The notes under the pieces were generated by a model. That model did not search any database, was not told the DNA's origin, and saw nothing but the letters and a program-made list of their open reading frames with translations. Source: Mobula hypostoma (taxonomy: Eukaryota). Taken from it: a stretch of DNA of 64,000 nt. Each line of letters begins with the position of its first letter. Within the stretch, counting starts at the first letter, position 1. Below, one piece after another: positions 38,921 through 52,555 of the stretch. A program made the position numbers and the translations under genes. The stretch spans positions 133,364,001-133,428,000 of the forward strand of contig NC_086097.1 of assembly GCF_963921235.1 (NCBI RefSeq). The letters are read 5' to 3'.

Positions 38921-39054
38921 TAGATCCCAAAAGAAATTGCAGTGTCACAGCCACATTACAAGTGCACAGATATACAAATATTAAAGAGAAGTAGGAGAGA
39001 ATTTGAAAAAATAAGGGGGGGGGGACCCAGAAGGAAGTAATAGGGAGGTCAGAA

Positions 39055-40548
39055 GAAGTGAAATCATTGGACTATGGCATGGTGCCAGAGGACTGGAAAA
39101 TTGCAAACGTTACTCCACTCTTTAACAAAAGAGAAAGGCAGCAGAAAGGAAATTACAGACCAGTTAGCCTGATCTTAGTGCTTGGGAAGATGTTAGAGTC
39201 AATTGTTAAGGATGAGGTGATGGAGTACTTGACGACACAGGACAAGATAATACAAAGTCAGCATGGTTTCCTTCAGGGAACATCCTCCCTAATGAACCTG
39301 TTGGAATTCTTTTGAGGAGATTACAAATAGGATAGATAAAGGGGATGCAGTGGATGTTGTATATTTGGACTTTCAGAAAACCTTTGACAAGGTGCCACAC
39401 ATGAGGCTGTTTACCAAGTTAAGAGCCCATGGTATTACAGGAAAGTTACTAACATGGTTAGAGCATTGGCTGATTGGTAGGAGACAGCAAGTGGGAATAA
39501 AAGGATCCTTTTCTGGTTAGCTGCCAGTGATTAGTGGTGTTCTGCAGGGGCTAGCGTTGGGACCACTTCTTTTCATGCTGTATATAAATGATTTAAATGA
39601 TGGAATAGAGGCTTTGTTGCCAAGTTTACAGCTGATACGAAGATTGGTGGTGGTGCAGGTAGTGTTGAGGAAACAGGTAAGATGCAAAGAACATAGACAG
39701 GTTAGGAGAATGGGCAAGAAACTGGCAAATGAAATATGATGCTCAAAATTGCACTTTGATAGTAGAAATAAATGTGGACTATTTTCTCCATGGGGAGTAT
39801 TTCCAGGAAGCTGAGATTCAGTGGAACTTGGGAGTCCTTGTGCAGAACACACTAAAAGTTAACTTGCAGGTTGAGTCGGTGGTGAGGAAGGCAAATGCCA
39901 TGTTCGCATTCATTTCAAGAGCTCTAGAATACAAGAGTAAGGAGGTGATGCTGAGGCTTTAAGGTACTGGTGAGGCCTCACCTTGAGTATTGTGAACAGT
40001 TCTGGGCCCTTCATCTTAGAAAAGATATGCTGGCAATGGAGAGGGTCCAGAGGAGGTTCACAAGGATGATTCCGGGAATGGAAGGTCTATCATACGAGGA
40101 ATGTTTGACGGCTCTGGGTCTGTACTTGCTGGAATTCAGAAGGATGAGGTGGGGGTGGGGGGGATCTCATTGAAACTTTTCGAATGTTGAAGGGCCTAGA
40201 CAGAGTAGATGTGGTAAGGATGTTCTCTATGGTGGGAGGGTCTAGGACAAGAGGGCACAGCCTCAGGGTAGAATGGCACCCTTTCAAACAGAGATGCGGA
40301 GAAATTTCTTTAGCCAAAGGGTGGTGAATTTGAGGAATTTGATGCCATATGTAGCTGTGGAGGCCAGGTCACTGGGTGTATTTAAGGCAGAAATTGATAG
40401 GTTCTTGATTGGACATGGCATCAAAGGTTACGGGGAGAAGGCTGGGAACGGGGGTTGAGGAGGAGATAGAAAAAAAGGAACAACCAAGAGTGAATGGTGG
40501 AGCAGACTTGATGGGCCAGCTTCTGCTCCTATATCTTATGGTCTTATT
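39055..40548 (+). mobile_element. CR1 LINE RT and 3' region
   Basis: VPEDWKIANVTPLF, GNYRPVSL, SQHGF, GVLQGLALGPLLF, RPHLEYCEQFW, RNFFSQRVVNL; TCTTATGGTCTTAT tail. Confidence 0.88.
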
Positions 40549-41139
40549 TGTATTAACAAGCAAGTGTACAGGTGTATATAATAAAGTGGCTTCTGAGTGT
40601 ATATTGCCTTCACAGACAACATCTGCTCAATTTCCTCCTTTCACCCTACCTCTACATTTGCTTCCAGTCCTCTATCCCTTCATGGCTGTGTATCCTTTCA
40701 TATGTGAAAAATCTGAATCGTTCACAGTCTCAAAATCTCCCAGAGTAATTCAGCCACCTGAGTTTTAGAAGTTAAACAACTTGCAAATTGCACATAAGTG
40801 GTAATGAAATGTTTTGCTTTAGATGTTCACCAATAGGGAAATACTGGCCCAGGTCACCCACACAACTTTTCTCCTCAATGAACAGCATAAAAGGGTCCTG
40901 ATTTTATCCAAGAGGCCACCTGAGTCATTGAATATGCATTGTCTCAGTTCTGTAATGGAGTGCCAACCTTTATTTAGAGCTCATCTCTAGACTGTGGCTT
41001 GAACCCATAACTTGTGTTGAAGCATGATAGATCCACTACCATGCAGTTCACAATTTTGATCGAACCTCTTGCAGCAGAGTACCCAGCTGCCTTAATCCTA
41101 TTCAGGAACTCCTTCCTTCCACAATCTCTACTTTTAACA

Positions 41140-41480
41140 TAAAACCATATGACTATAAGACACAAGAGCAGAATTAGGCCATTCAGCCCATCAAGTCTGC
41201 TCTGCCATTCTATCATGCTGATTTATTATCCATCTCAATCTAATTCTCCTGAATTCTCCCTGTAACCTTTGATCCCTTACTATAGAAAAATCTATCAACC
41301 TTCGTTTTAAATATCCAACAACTTGGCCTCCAAAGCTGGCAGTAGCAATGAATTTCACAGATGCATCACACACCGGCTGAAGAAATTCCTCCTCATCCCT
41401 GTTCTAAAGCATTGTCTTTATAATCTGAAGGCTACGCCCTCTGGTCCCAGACTCCACACTATTGGAAACATTACCTTCAT
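41140..41480 (-). mobile_element. CR1 3' end, inverted relative to 35050-35545 and 40250-40548
   Basis: CATATGACTATAAGACACAAGAGCAGAATTAGGCCATTC tail; reverse-complementary to the plus-strand CR1 ends. Confidence 0.7.
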
Positions 41481-43249
41481 TTCCTCTTGCAGTTTCAGTT
41501 TTATGCTTCCACCACAAGAACATAAGGAAACAGGAGCAGGAGTACGCCACTCAGCCCCTCTAACCTACACTTCTGTTCAAAAAGATTTTGGCTGATTGAT
41601 GTTAAGGTCACCTGCTTTTCTGTACCAGGTGCTGTAGCCCAACGTGCGGGATCGTAACATTCATTGAAGTGCCCTGTGGTTTTTGAGGACCTTGGTGGTT
41701 ACAGACAGCAATTTTTAAACTATTTTTAACTTTATTCCTATCAATTCTCCAACTCGCTTTCAAAAGGGAGTCTGGCAAATAAGGCCATCATGAGATGAAA
41801 GGAAGTACTGTAACTGGGACATTACAAACATCACTTAAGCAAGCCATTTGATTTTCTGACTCCATAGATTATCAGTTTTTTTGTAGTTCTACTCACTCCA
41901 CTTTTAAATCTTTGTTACAGGGCACCACTAAGCTTTTGGATCATTCTAATAGGTTCTTTTGGCACACTGATAACTCTTATTGCCCCTTGCATCTGTAAAA
42001 TACCTAAATCATATATTTTTTCATCAAGATTGTTACACATGGAAAATCACGTGGAAAATCCTGAATCATAAAATCACTATACATATTACAAAATAATGGC
42101 AACCACACTGAAGACCAGTTAAATGGCACTTATCACCTTTCAATCTATTAAGAAACCACATCAGTAAACAAGCACATGCAATATTTCACTACTTCATCCT
42201 AAAAGCAGAAAAATACAATCATCCATAAAACACCATCAGTCCCTCACACCCTAGATCACCTAGAATGCACCTTTACATTTCATTTCTAGTCGCTGTATGT
42301 TTTATTAAGACTCCCTTTACCATTCTCAATCCTACCCTTCAACAAACATTTTTTTTAAATTTTACTCAATTTAAATTCTTGTTCAGGCATTTAAAAACTA
42401 CATGAAGAGGAGGGCAGCCAAGGATTGCAAAGAATTGCCCACAGGACTGAAGAGCAATTTATAACCAACAATGAAAAACAATGTACCCCCTGAAGTAGTT
42501 GTTTTCTTTATGCAAGAAACTCTGTTCAAACTTTCTGATGGTTATGCAAATTAGATTTTTATTAGATTTTTGAAACAAGGACTACATTGGGAACATTTAT
42601 TCCGGGAACAAGGCTTAGAAATACCAGTGGCACTGGTTTATGTCTCAAAAGTCTGTACCATTAAAACCAAGCTAACATGAGGAAGTATTTTAAGGAGAGA
42701 GGGAAATGAGGCGAATGGGGTTCCAGGAGCATTTCAGTCATGGGGCAAGTGAAGTGCCACTGGGACCTTGGATGTACCTGACATGAATTAATTCTTATAC
42801 AGGCATTTAAAAACCACATGACTTAAAATTCCTCGTTGTTATCATTCCAGACGATTTGCCCTGGGCCCAGCATGCAAGTGCAATGCTGAAGAAAGCACGG
42901 CAGTGCCTCTGTTTCCTTTGGAGTTTGCAAAGATTTGGCATGACATCTAAAACTTTGACAAACATCTATAGATGTGTGCTGGAGAGTATATTGACTGGCT
43001 AAATCATATCCTGGTATGGAAACACCAATGCCCTTGACAGAAAACCCTGTAAGTAGTAGTGGGTTCGGCCCAGTTCATCACAGGTAAAGCCCCCTTATAT
43101 TGAGCACATCTACACGGAGCATTGAACAGGAAAGCAGTATCCATCATCAGGAACCACCGCCACCAAGGTCATGCTCTCTTCTTGCTGCTGCCACCAAGAA
43201 GGTGGTACAGGAGCCTCAGGACTCACACCACCAGATTCAGGAATAGTTA

Positions 43250-44801
43250 CAGGTTTCCCCCGCCATCCGAAGGTAGAGCGTTCCTATGAAACGGTCCGCA
43301 AGCCGAAATGTCGTAAAGCGAAGAAGCAATTACTATTTATCTATATGGGAAAAATTTGTGAGCGTTCGCAGACCCAAAAATAACCTACCAACTCATGCCA
43401 AATAACACACACCTAAAATAACAGTAACATATAGTAAAAGCAGGAAAGATATGATAAATACACAGCCTATATAAAGTAGAAATACTTTTCCACAATCATT
43501 ACTGCACTGTTCTCCGTAGCGAAAATCTCACACAAGCGCTGTTGGCAAAAATGCAGCGCAAGCGCTCCCCAGTAACCTTTAAGCTATGAAGCTGCCAAAT
43601 CATACCAAATAACACGTAAAAATACACAGCCTAAATAAAGTAGAAATAATGTATGTACAGTGTAGTATCACTTACCGGAATCGGGACAGTGCCGAGCACA
43701 CTGATGATGGTGTGTTTGACTGAGTCGTCGCAGGTTGGGGTGGTGAAGTGGCCCCCACCCTCCGGGCCACCGACCGATACCGATCCGCGAAGCATGCAGG
43801 GGTGCAGCGGTAGCCAGGAGGCACACAGCACATCTTTAAGAAAAAAGCCGAAATAAACATGCTAATTAACGAGGTGCCGCCCAACACGTAATTGTCGGCC
43901 CAGATCAGTGCCGATTTCCGATTGCGTCGTCTCTGATCTGGGCCGACAATTACGTGTTGGGTGGCACCTAATTAATTAGCATATTTATTTCGGCTTTTTT
44001 CTTAAAGCTGTGCTGTGTGCCTCCCGGCTACCGCTGTATTCTCCGCGAATCGGTATCTGTCCGTGGCCTGAGGGTTGGGGTGGTGGGACACTGGGGTGTC
44101 ATCTCGTTATCGTCTGTTTCCATTACGGCAGGCAGGTCATCTTCTATCTCTGCCCGCCTCAATGTCGAAGGTCGAGGTTCCTCGTCTGCTGTGGCTGATG
44201 TGGAAGGCTTGCTTGACTGCTGAGCCTCGCGCATTTTTCTACCACACAGTTCTTTGTAAGCACTCAAACCATCTGCAACTATCCCCTAAACCGACGTACC
44301 CTTTCAAAATTAAATTCGTACTTTATCATTACTCATTCGGTTTTGATTGTTATCCTTTCCTCTTCCAATTGCATCAGCTCTTCATCTATCAGTTCTTGTT
44401 CATGGGATGCCAAAACCTCTTCAACATCATCTTCGTCAGCTTCCACAAGCCAAACTCACTTTGTCCTTACTTCGTTCACGCTTAATTATGTCTAGTTTTA
44501 CGCTAAGTGTAACACCCTTACGAGCTCTTTTAGGCGTTTCTGATACCATAGAACTCATCTTGCAAACAACTGCTCACAGGCATGTGTTTAAGCAATGCCG
44601 GCAAGAATGCAGTTCCGAATCTAGGGAGAGCGGCTGCTCAGGGCACGCGCTGCCTTTTATCGCGCGCTGATTTTTTATTGCGCGCTGTCTTTCTTTGTAA
44701 CAGTGAAAACACCTTCTGAAAGCGAAAACAGGGTACTAATGTAGGTCTTTCATAACAGTGAGGTTTCGTAAAGCGAACGTTCGAAAAGCAGGGAACACCT
44801 A
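43250..44801 (-). mobile_element. Tigger/pogo-like internally deleted DNA transposon containing a hAT MITE
   Basis: TA|CAGGTTTCCCCCGC ... GCAGGGAACACCTA|TA. Minus-strand MSSMVSETPKRARKGVTLSVKLDIIKR (CENP-B/Tigger N-terminus) is joined to an acidic C-terminal remnant EDDVEEVLASHEQELIDEELMQLE. Confidence 0.82.
43746..44080. mobile_element. hAT palindromic MITE copy nested in the Tigger-like element
   Basis: Collinear with 28030-28349; long inverted arms centred near 43920. Confidence 0.85.
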
Positions 44802-47800
44802 TATTAGCCCTCAATCATCAGGGTTTTAAACCAAAAGGGATAATTTCATTTGCCCCATCATTGAAATGTTCCCACAACCAATGGACTCACTTTCAAGGAC
44901 TCCATCTCATTTTCTCAATAGTTATTGCTTATCTATTTATTATTTCTTTCTTTTTGTATTTGGACAGTTTCTTGTCTTTTGCACAATGGTTAAACACCCA
45001 ACTGGTGCGGTCTTTCATGAATTCTATTACAGATTTATTGAGTATTCTCACAAGAAAATGAATCTCAGGGTTGTATATGGTGACACAAGTCTATGTACTC
45101 TGATAATAAATTTACTTTGAACATTGAATGGCATCCTTTGTTGTACTGCATAAGAAACTGAAACTGCAAACCAGATTAAGTTCGGTGGATTCCAGTTAAC
45201 TGCACTACCAGTTAATCGGGGCAGCTGCTTACTTGGACAACTCTTAAAGAACAAAATCTAATTGAGTAAACAACTGGGATTTTCTTTATTTGGGACACTA
45301 TGTTGCTTAATTGGGACAGAACCATTGCCAATTTTTAACTAGATCAGTCGCATGCACATGAGTGGCTGTTGGACACTACTCCATACTTCAAGCGAACAGT
45401 TTTAAATTAGCATCAGGTGAGTGCGTGTTCAAAAAGCAGTGATTTTTGTAACACTGATAATTCGTGAGAAATAAGCAGTGAGACAATTCAGAACTGTTTT
45501 GCTAACTGTGGGCTACCCCTTTAACGGCACTAATACTATCTTTTGCTCACACAAGCATCCACCCCTTTTAAATTCATAATCCCTATTTCTTCAGCATTCA
45601 GATACCACCATACACATTTCACATTAAGATTACTGTATAAAGACAAAAGGCTACTTTATATAAGGCAGTTAAAATTGACCGAACCTTTGAAACTTATTCT
45701 GTACATCACAACTCAAAACAAATTCCATTTCATTTGGCAAAGTAAAATGTTGTCATCATGAATTTCTCAGTCCTGTTGAAACTTCAATATTTTCACTAAT
45801 TGAAATAAGATGGCACAAGGACAAATTGATCACAGAAACCCTGACAGAAACATTTAAGAAGAACAAGATTTCAAAAGACAGTATCAGCCTCTGATTTATC
45901 TACGCTTAGATTAGGGAAGTGCAACAAAAGTCAATACCACAAAAATGTTCCATTAGACAAGATCAATAGTTGCCAAATTTTATGAATGATTGCCCCAGTT
46001 GTTCATACTCGGGACAATATGACCCTTCTTTAAATGGAGCTGTCCAGAGGATTCCCCAGGAACTCTCACAGCTAGGGTAATTAATGTGCCAAGTATAATT
46101 TAGCTTTAGGTTCTTTAGTGGACTTTCTAAATAAATCTCCTGAAAATTATTAAAGCCCTGGTCTTCATACCACCAGGTTGAGGGGGGCGGCGGGATTCAA
46201 GCACATATTTAGAATTCAAAGTGAACAAAAAATGATTTATTTTACTCACATTTTCAGGATGTGCCACCAATTAATTGCACATCCTCAATTGAAGGTTGGA
46301 GTGAGCAGCCTTGAGTTTGTGAATTTCTTGCAGTTTATTAGGCCATTTCAGAGGGCAGTTAAGGGACAACTATATTGCTGTGGGTTTTGACTCACCTTCA
46401 GCCAGACCAAGTAAGGATAGCATATTTCTTCCCCTACAGGACATTAGTGAACCAGATGGGTCTTGACAATGGTTTCCATGGTCATTTTTAAACTTGAAAT
46501 CCATCACCATCTGCCATGGTGAGATTTGAACCCAGGAATCTGCGCAGGGTATCTATTATCACAGTGATACCATTGTGCCATCACCTGCCCCGTTTAAAAT
46601 ACACTCAAGTGCAAAATAAATCAAAGGACAACATCATTACACTGTAACATTCAGCTCATCACATTCTCTTCGGTTTTATAGCCTGTCCTTTATATTTGTT
46701 CACTTAAATAAGTCAATGCGTTTGAGTTCCATCATACCAAATATCAATTATATGGCTATTTCATCATTAATCCTTTTAGATGAACAGGGGTTTCTCAGTC
46801 GTCAATCCTCACATTATTTGAAGTATTATAGCATGGCAGATTAAGAGCCAACAGTTAAAGAGCCATGAGCTCTCCTTCGGAGACAAAACAAATCAGATAT
46901 GTCATTTATTCTGAAGTCATTTCTCACACACAAGCTGTAATGCCTATTTTTTAACACACTGATATATTTCACTCAATTTAGAACATGCACATCTATCATT
47001 TTTAAAAAATGGCCTATCCAATTTATTTTAAAATTGTACAGAAACTATAATTGAATATTTTCTCCAATAGAAAAATAGCCTTCCTTGAAAGCTATTTTCC
47101 ATATTTAAAAGCATGGATCATATTTGGAACAGATTATAATTTATTTTGTGAATACATTTAGAATGTTATTTGTGCAATTAGCAACATATATTAATATTTC
47201 CATAAAATTAGCTAACAATTCAAGAGAAATACCTTGCATCAATCTCAGCTAATTAGTCACGTCTCATTTAAGTTGGATGGCAATGGCTGCAAGTCCGATT
47301 CTAGATACTTTTGCACAAGTTCATGTTGACTCTTTAGCGCGGTGCTAAAGGAGTGGTACACTACTAGAAGCACCACTCGTCACAGATGTCAAAATTAAGT
47401 CAGAGTAATATAGCACGGAAACAAGCCCTTCAGCCCAACTTGTCTGTACCTATCTACCAAGATGACCATTAAGGCAAGTCACATATCCTTATACACCTTT
47501 CCTGTCTGTGAACCAGGTGTCAAGTGCTCTCCCAAAAATAACACAACACTGTTTGGCAGGTGTATGGTGTTAGACTACATTTAGCCATAGTTTCATCAAA
47601 TGAGAGCATTGATTCAAGTAGTCAAGAATCCACTCTAATTCCTATAGCTAATGAAATGTTAATATAGAACAGTATTATATATCAATGGAAGTCACAATGA
47701 ATTTTCAATGGAGTCCAAAAGTTGGACAGCAATCTACAGGATTCTTATAGCTATATTTGAATGAGGTCTAATGGAGTAAAAGAAGTGATGCATATCAAAG

Positions 47801-48309
47801 TTGTTTTATTGATTCGCTTTCTCAGACAAAGAATGTGAAGCTTCACTAAAAATGTGAAGCTACACATGAAAAATTATACACAAAATCTAGGCCCATCAGC
47901 TTCTTGCCTTAGAAAAGTAGAAGTTGGTCAGAAAACACACACGTATGTCAAATGTGTCATGATTTGGTTTTTACCCAAGCTGTAAAGGCTTACAGATGCC
48001 AGCAGAATTAGTTGACTGGACAAGAGGCCTTGGCCCTTCCCCATGTGCACAGCTTTCATACAACTTTATCATCAAATCAACTAACTAGGCACAAGTAGCT
48101 ATAAGCACAGATGTAAAACATTAAACTGTTGTGGATAAGCAAGGAATCTCACACAGCTTGTATACGTTAATTTCAGATTAAATACCTTCGAGTGAATGAA
48201 GTAAAATTAGTCACAAAACCCACACAGCAGAGGAGGTGGTTAGGTACTGAGAAAATACAGGGACCACACAAAATAAGGGGGTGGTGGGAGGGAAATTTTG
48301 CATTTTCCC

Positions 48310-48670
48310 AAATACCTTTCAAATCTTCAGGGTGTTCCAAAGTATTTTAACATGCAATTGTGCCCATGAATTTAAATTGTTGAATTGCAGAAAACTTGGC
48401 AATCTATTTACCCTCAGTAAACATTCATACAAACAGCTTTGTGAATAATCAGATAATCAATCCATTCTACTAAAACTGAATGGAGGATAAATATTGGCAG
48501 TATACCAGTAGAACCCTCTGATCATCTTTGGGAAAAAATGCTGTGAAATCTTCAGCTTCTATTTGAGGGGATTTAATGCCCTGCTCGAAGATCAACCCTC
48601 CAACAATTCAGCATACCATCAGCACTGAACCCGAGTGCCAGCCTTGATTATGCACTCAAGTCTCCATGGA
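48310..48670 (-). mobile_element. Ancient Deu-domain SINE remnant (SacSINE1/AmnSINE1-like)
   Basis: GAGGATAAATATTGGCAG...CAGCACTGAACCCGAGTGCCAGCCTTGATTATGCACTCAAGTCTC resembles the recalled Deu domain. A second remnant lies at ~40830-41010. Confidence 0.6.
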
Positions 48671-50194
48671 TGAAAGTAATAGCACTAAAGAATAGTTGGG
48701 ACTGTTGTCAGTGAAGGATTTACATTAAAGAAGAGTGCTGACACCAAACAAGTCAGCCTGCTTGCTTCTATTGACGCAGACCAAATTAACCACTTTTTAT
48801 AGAAAAACTTAGTATCAATAGCCACAACAATTGCCAAGGTTAATCTCTCATGCATTATATTATTAAATGCATGAGCATTATTCCAATAACATGCTATCAA
48901 CTGTAAGCAACTGCAGAATGCTTCGGAAGATACTAAGGAATTAATGGAGGGACAATTAAACCAAGTTTATTCCACTTTATCTGATGGATTATTTGTTGCT
49001 TCAATTTTAATTAAAAGCCATTTCAAAATTTCTTTGCGTGATGAGGGGTGTGTCAGATTTATGATGCTGCATGACAAGAAGCAGACAACTCAAATGAAAT
49101 ACAGTATCTATCTGGGCTAAGGCTCGCCATTTCTCTGTAAATAGGGCAACTGGGATTAATTCTGACTTTAGGCAATAGTGAAAAGCAGGCAATATTAATT
49201 CAGTTCTTCATCATCTTCCTTCACTTTCATTTTCATTCCTGGCTGTAAAATAAACTCAGATTTTTTTTGTAATTTTATCTGTTTCCTTCTACAAAAAAAA
49301 GTTCTTAGACGCATATCTAACATTTTCTCATTATGAGATAATCTCTTCATTAAAGGTCAAAGCAGTTTCAAGTGCTATCAACAAATATAGTTCCCTGAAC
49401 TTGGACTGGATAAAATGGTATCGCCAGTTGTCAAAAAGCACCTTTCCATGGTTTCTTTTCACATCTCTTAATGGACAAAACTAATTAGAGGCTAAAATAT
49501 AAAAGTCTGAAAATTATGTAAGGATTTTAGGTCACAAAGAGACCTCTTGGTAAACTGAGTTTTGAATCTGGGATTATCAGCTATTAATGTCTGCTATTGA
49601 GAGTCAGCAAATATTTAATCATGCTATTAAAAATCAGGAATAATGAACTTAAAAACAATTAAAATATTAGAGAATATTTCAAACAATATGCCCAAATACA
49701 TAGAACGTAACAATTAAACATATATTCACTTCAAAAAAAAACACACTCATTATCTGAAATTTTCCATTTCCTTCAGAGGTGTTCATTAAAATGTATGGAG
49801 TTGCTGAACCTGCACCAAATTTAAATTGGCAAATTTCAGTCTGTTTGGAAACTGTAATGGTCACTCAGCAATGAGTCCCCTGTGACAATGTACAATCAGA
49901 ATGCCAGTAATGAGGACCTCTCAAGAATGTTATGACCTCAATATTCAAGCAAGTGGTTTCCAGTAATGATTTCATCTGTCAAATATGCCCTTCTGGAGAA
50001 AATAAAATTAAGTTTCTAGATATTTACCTTAGTCAATGCCAGGCAACATGCTCAGTCACCATCAGATGATGTCAAAACCATCAAACATTCAACAGAAATG
50101 AAATCACTGAACCCAAGTAGTGTTATAATTTGTTCATGATCCACCATGCCATTGTGGACCCAGTTATACCCTTCTTTGGAATAGTAGTTTTTTT

Positions 50195-52555
50195 TAAAAA
50201 AAAATACAGCACAATACAGCCACTTTGGCCCATGATGTTATGCCAATATTTTAACCTACTGTAAAATCAATCTAACTCTTCTTTCCAACATAACACTCCA
50301 GTTATCATTCATTTAAGTGCCCACCACCGTCTCTTAAATCTCCTGAATGTATCTGACTCTACCACCAACCCTGGCAGTGCGCTCCATGCACCTACTACTT
50401 TGTATAGAAAACCTACCTCTGACATTCCCCCCACCCCCATACCTCCAATCACCTTAAAATTACGCCCCCTCATATTAGCCATTTCTGTCCTGGGAAAATG
50501 TTTCTGGCTGCCCAGATCATCTATGCTTCTTATCAGCTTGTATACCTCTATCATAATCCTTTGTAGCTCCAGAGAAAAGCCCTAGTTCGCTCACAAGACA
50601 TGTTCCCTAATCTAGACAGCATCCTGGTAACTCCCTTCTTCAACTTCTCGAAAGCTTCTATATCCTTCCTATAGAGAGATAATCAGAATTGAATACAATA
50701 TTTCAACTGTGATCTAACCTGACTTTTATACAGCTGCAACATTACCTCACAGCTCTTGAACTCAGTTCCCTGACTACTGAAGGCCAACACACTACTTCTT
50801 AATCATCCTTTCAACTTGTGCAGCCATTTTAAACGATTGTCTAATCCCGTTTCCTGCCTTCAAATTCAGCCTTCTGAAAATCACTTCACCCTTTCTAGGT
50901 TGAACTCCCAGCAGATACTTCCCAGCCCAGCTCTGTATGCCACCAATGTCCCATTGTAACCTATGATGAACCTCTACACTATCCACAGCTCTACCAACCT
51001 TCAAGTCATCTGTAAACTTACTAACTCACTTTCCCACTTCTTTTTTTAAACCATTTATAGAAAACACGAAGTGCAGGGGTCCCAGAACAGATCCATGCAG
51101 AACACCACTGGTCATTGAACTCCAGGCAAAATATACTCCATCTACTACCATCCTCTGCCTTTTGTGGGCAAGCTAGTTCTGAATACATGCAAATTTCCCT
51201 TGATCCTATGCCTCCAGACTTTCTGAATGAGCTAATGATGGGAAACCTTGTCATAATCCTTACTAAAATCCATGTACACCACATCTTCTGCTCTACCTTC
51301 ATAAATTTATTTTGTTACTCCCTCAAAGAATTCAATCAGGCACATGACATACAACCTGCCCTTTGCAAAGCCATGCTGACTACCCCTAATCAGACTACAC
51401 TTCTCCAAATGCTCATAAATCCTATCTAAGAATACTCTCCAATATTTTCCCGCCACTAGCATAAGGTTCACTAGTCTATAATTCCTAGGGCAATCCTTAT
51501 TACCTTCCTTGAAAAAAGGAATAACATTTGCACCCTCCAATCTTCTGGTACTACTCCTGTCACCAGTGAAGATGCAGAGATAATTGCCAAAGGCATAGCA
51601 ATCTCTTCCATCGTTTCCTGTAGTAACTGGGGTATATCTCATCCAGCTCCAAGGACTTTTAGAAAAACAAATTCCAGCAAATCCTCTTTCTTTACATCAG
51701 CAAGTTCTGGCATATCAGACTATTTTACACTGTCCTCAGATTCATCAAGGTCCCTCTCACTGGTGAATACTGAAACAAAGTATTTATTAAAGACCTCTCC
51801 TACATCTTGAGACCGCATACACAGGTTTCCTCTTTTATCCTTGATCAGTCCTATCCTCACTCTAGTCATTCTCCTGTTCTAAATGTATGTGTAGAATGCC
51901 TTGGGATTTTCTTTCATCCCACTTGCCAAGACACTCCCCACAACAGGTGTGTATGGCCACAGGAGTATACCCTGCACTATCAGGCTATTCCCTATCCCCC
52001 TCCTGACAGTCATCTGCCTTCTGCAATTTAAGTGTGATTACCTTTCTGCAACTCCTATTACCTCCTCATTCTCCTGAATGAACTATAGGTCATCCAGGTC
52101 CAGTTCCCTTAGACGGCCTAAAGGAGCTGCATCCAGATGCACTTCTTGTTGATGTAGCAATCAGGAAGACTAGAGGTCTCCCAAATCCCCCACATCTTGT
52201 AGGAGGACACATCTTTTCCCAGCGATCAATTTTCATTACCCTAGCTAAGAACTGATAAAGAAAGAAAGAGAAACTTAACAGAAACCTCAACTTAGCCTCC
52301 AACTCTCTTGCTGAAGCTTCTTGAACCAAAGCCTCAGTTCCTCACTCGACTCTGTCTGCTCCAATAATGGTCTCTCACACAATGGCTACTTTGTTTAAAT
52401 CTAGCTTCTTTTTATTGGTCCTTGCCAAATGCCTAATAACCCAAACAATCTCAAGCCCTGCAGAAAGTCCCAACAGACCTCACTTGATTTTTAAATCAAG
52501 CCCTATGCTCCATAAGTAAAACTGTTCCCACGATCTCAAGTTCTGCCATCTTGAA
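50195..52555 (-). mobile_element. Long internally deleted CR1 (5' region to 3' tail)
   Basis: RT remnants (ANVIPFFKEGNKDCPRNYRLVNL, SQHGFAKGR, MIEVYKLIR), an ORF1-like Cys-rich remnant at ~52100-52230, and a CAAGATGGC 5' motif at ~52550. Confidence 0.72.

Larger units (their letters stand above)
42855..45125 (+). mobile_element. Rex/Babar-type LINE 3' fragment interrupted by the Tigger-like element
   Basis: FYRCVLESILTG-like remnant; TTCAGGAATAGTTA|TTAGCCCTCAA rejoins across 43249/44804. Confidence 0.7.
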
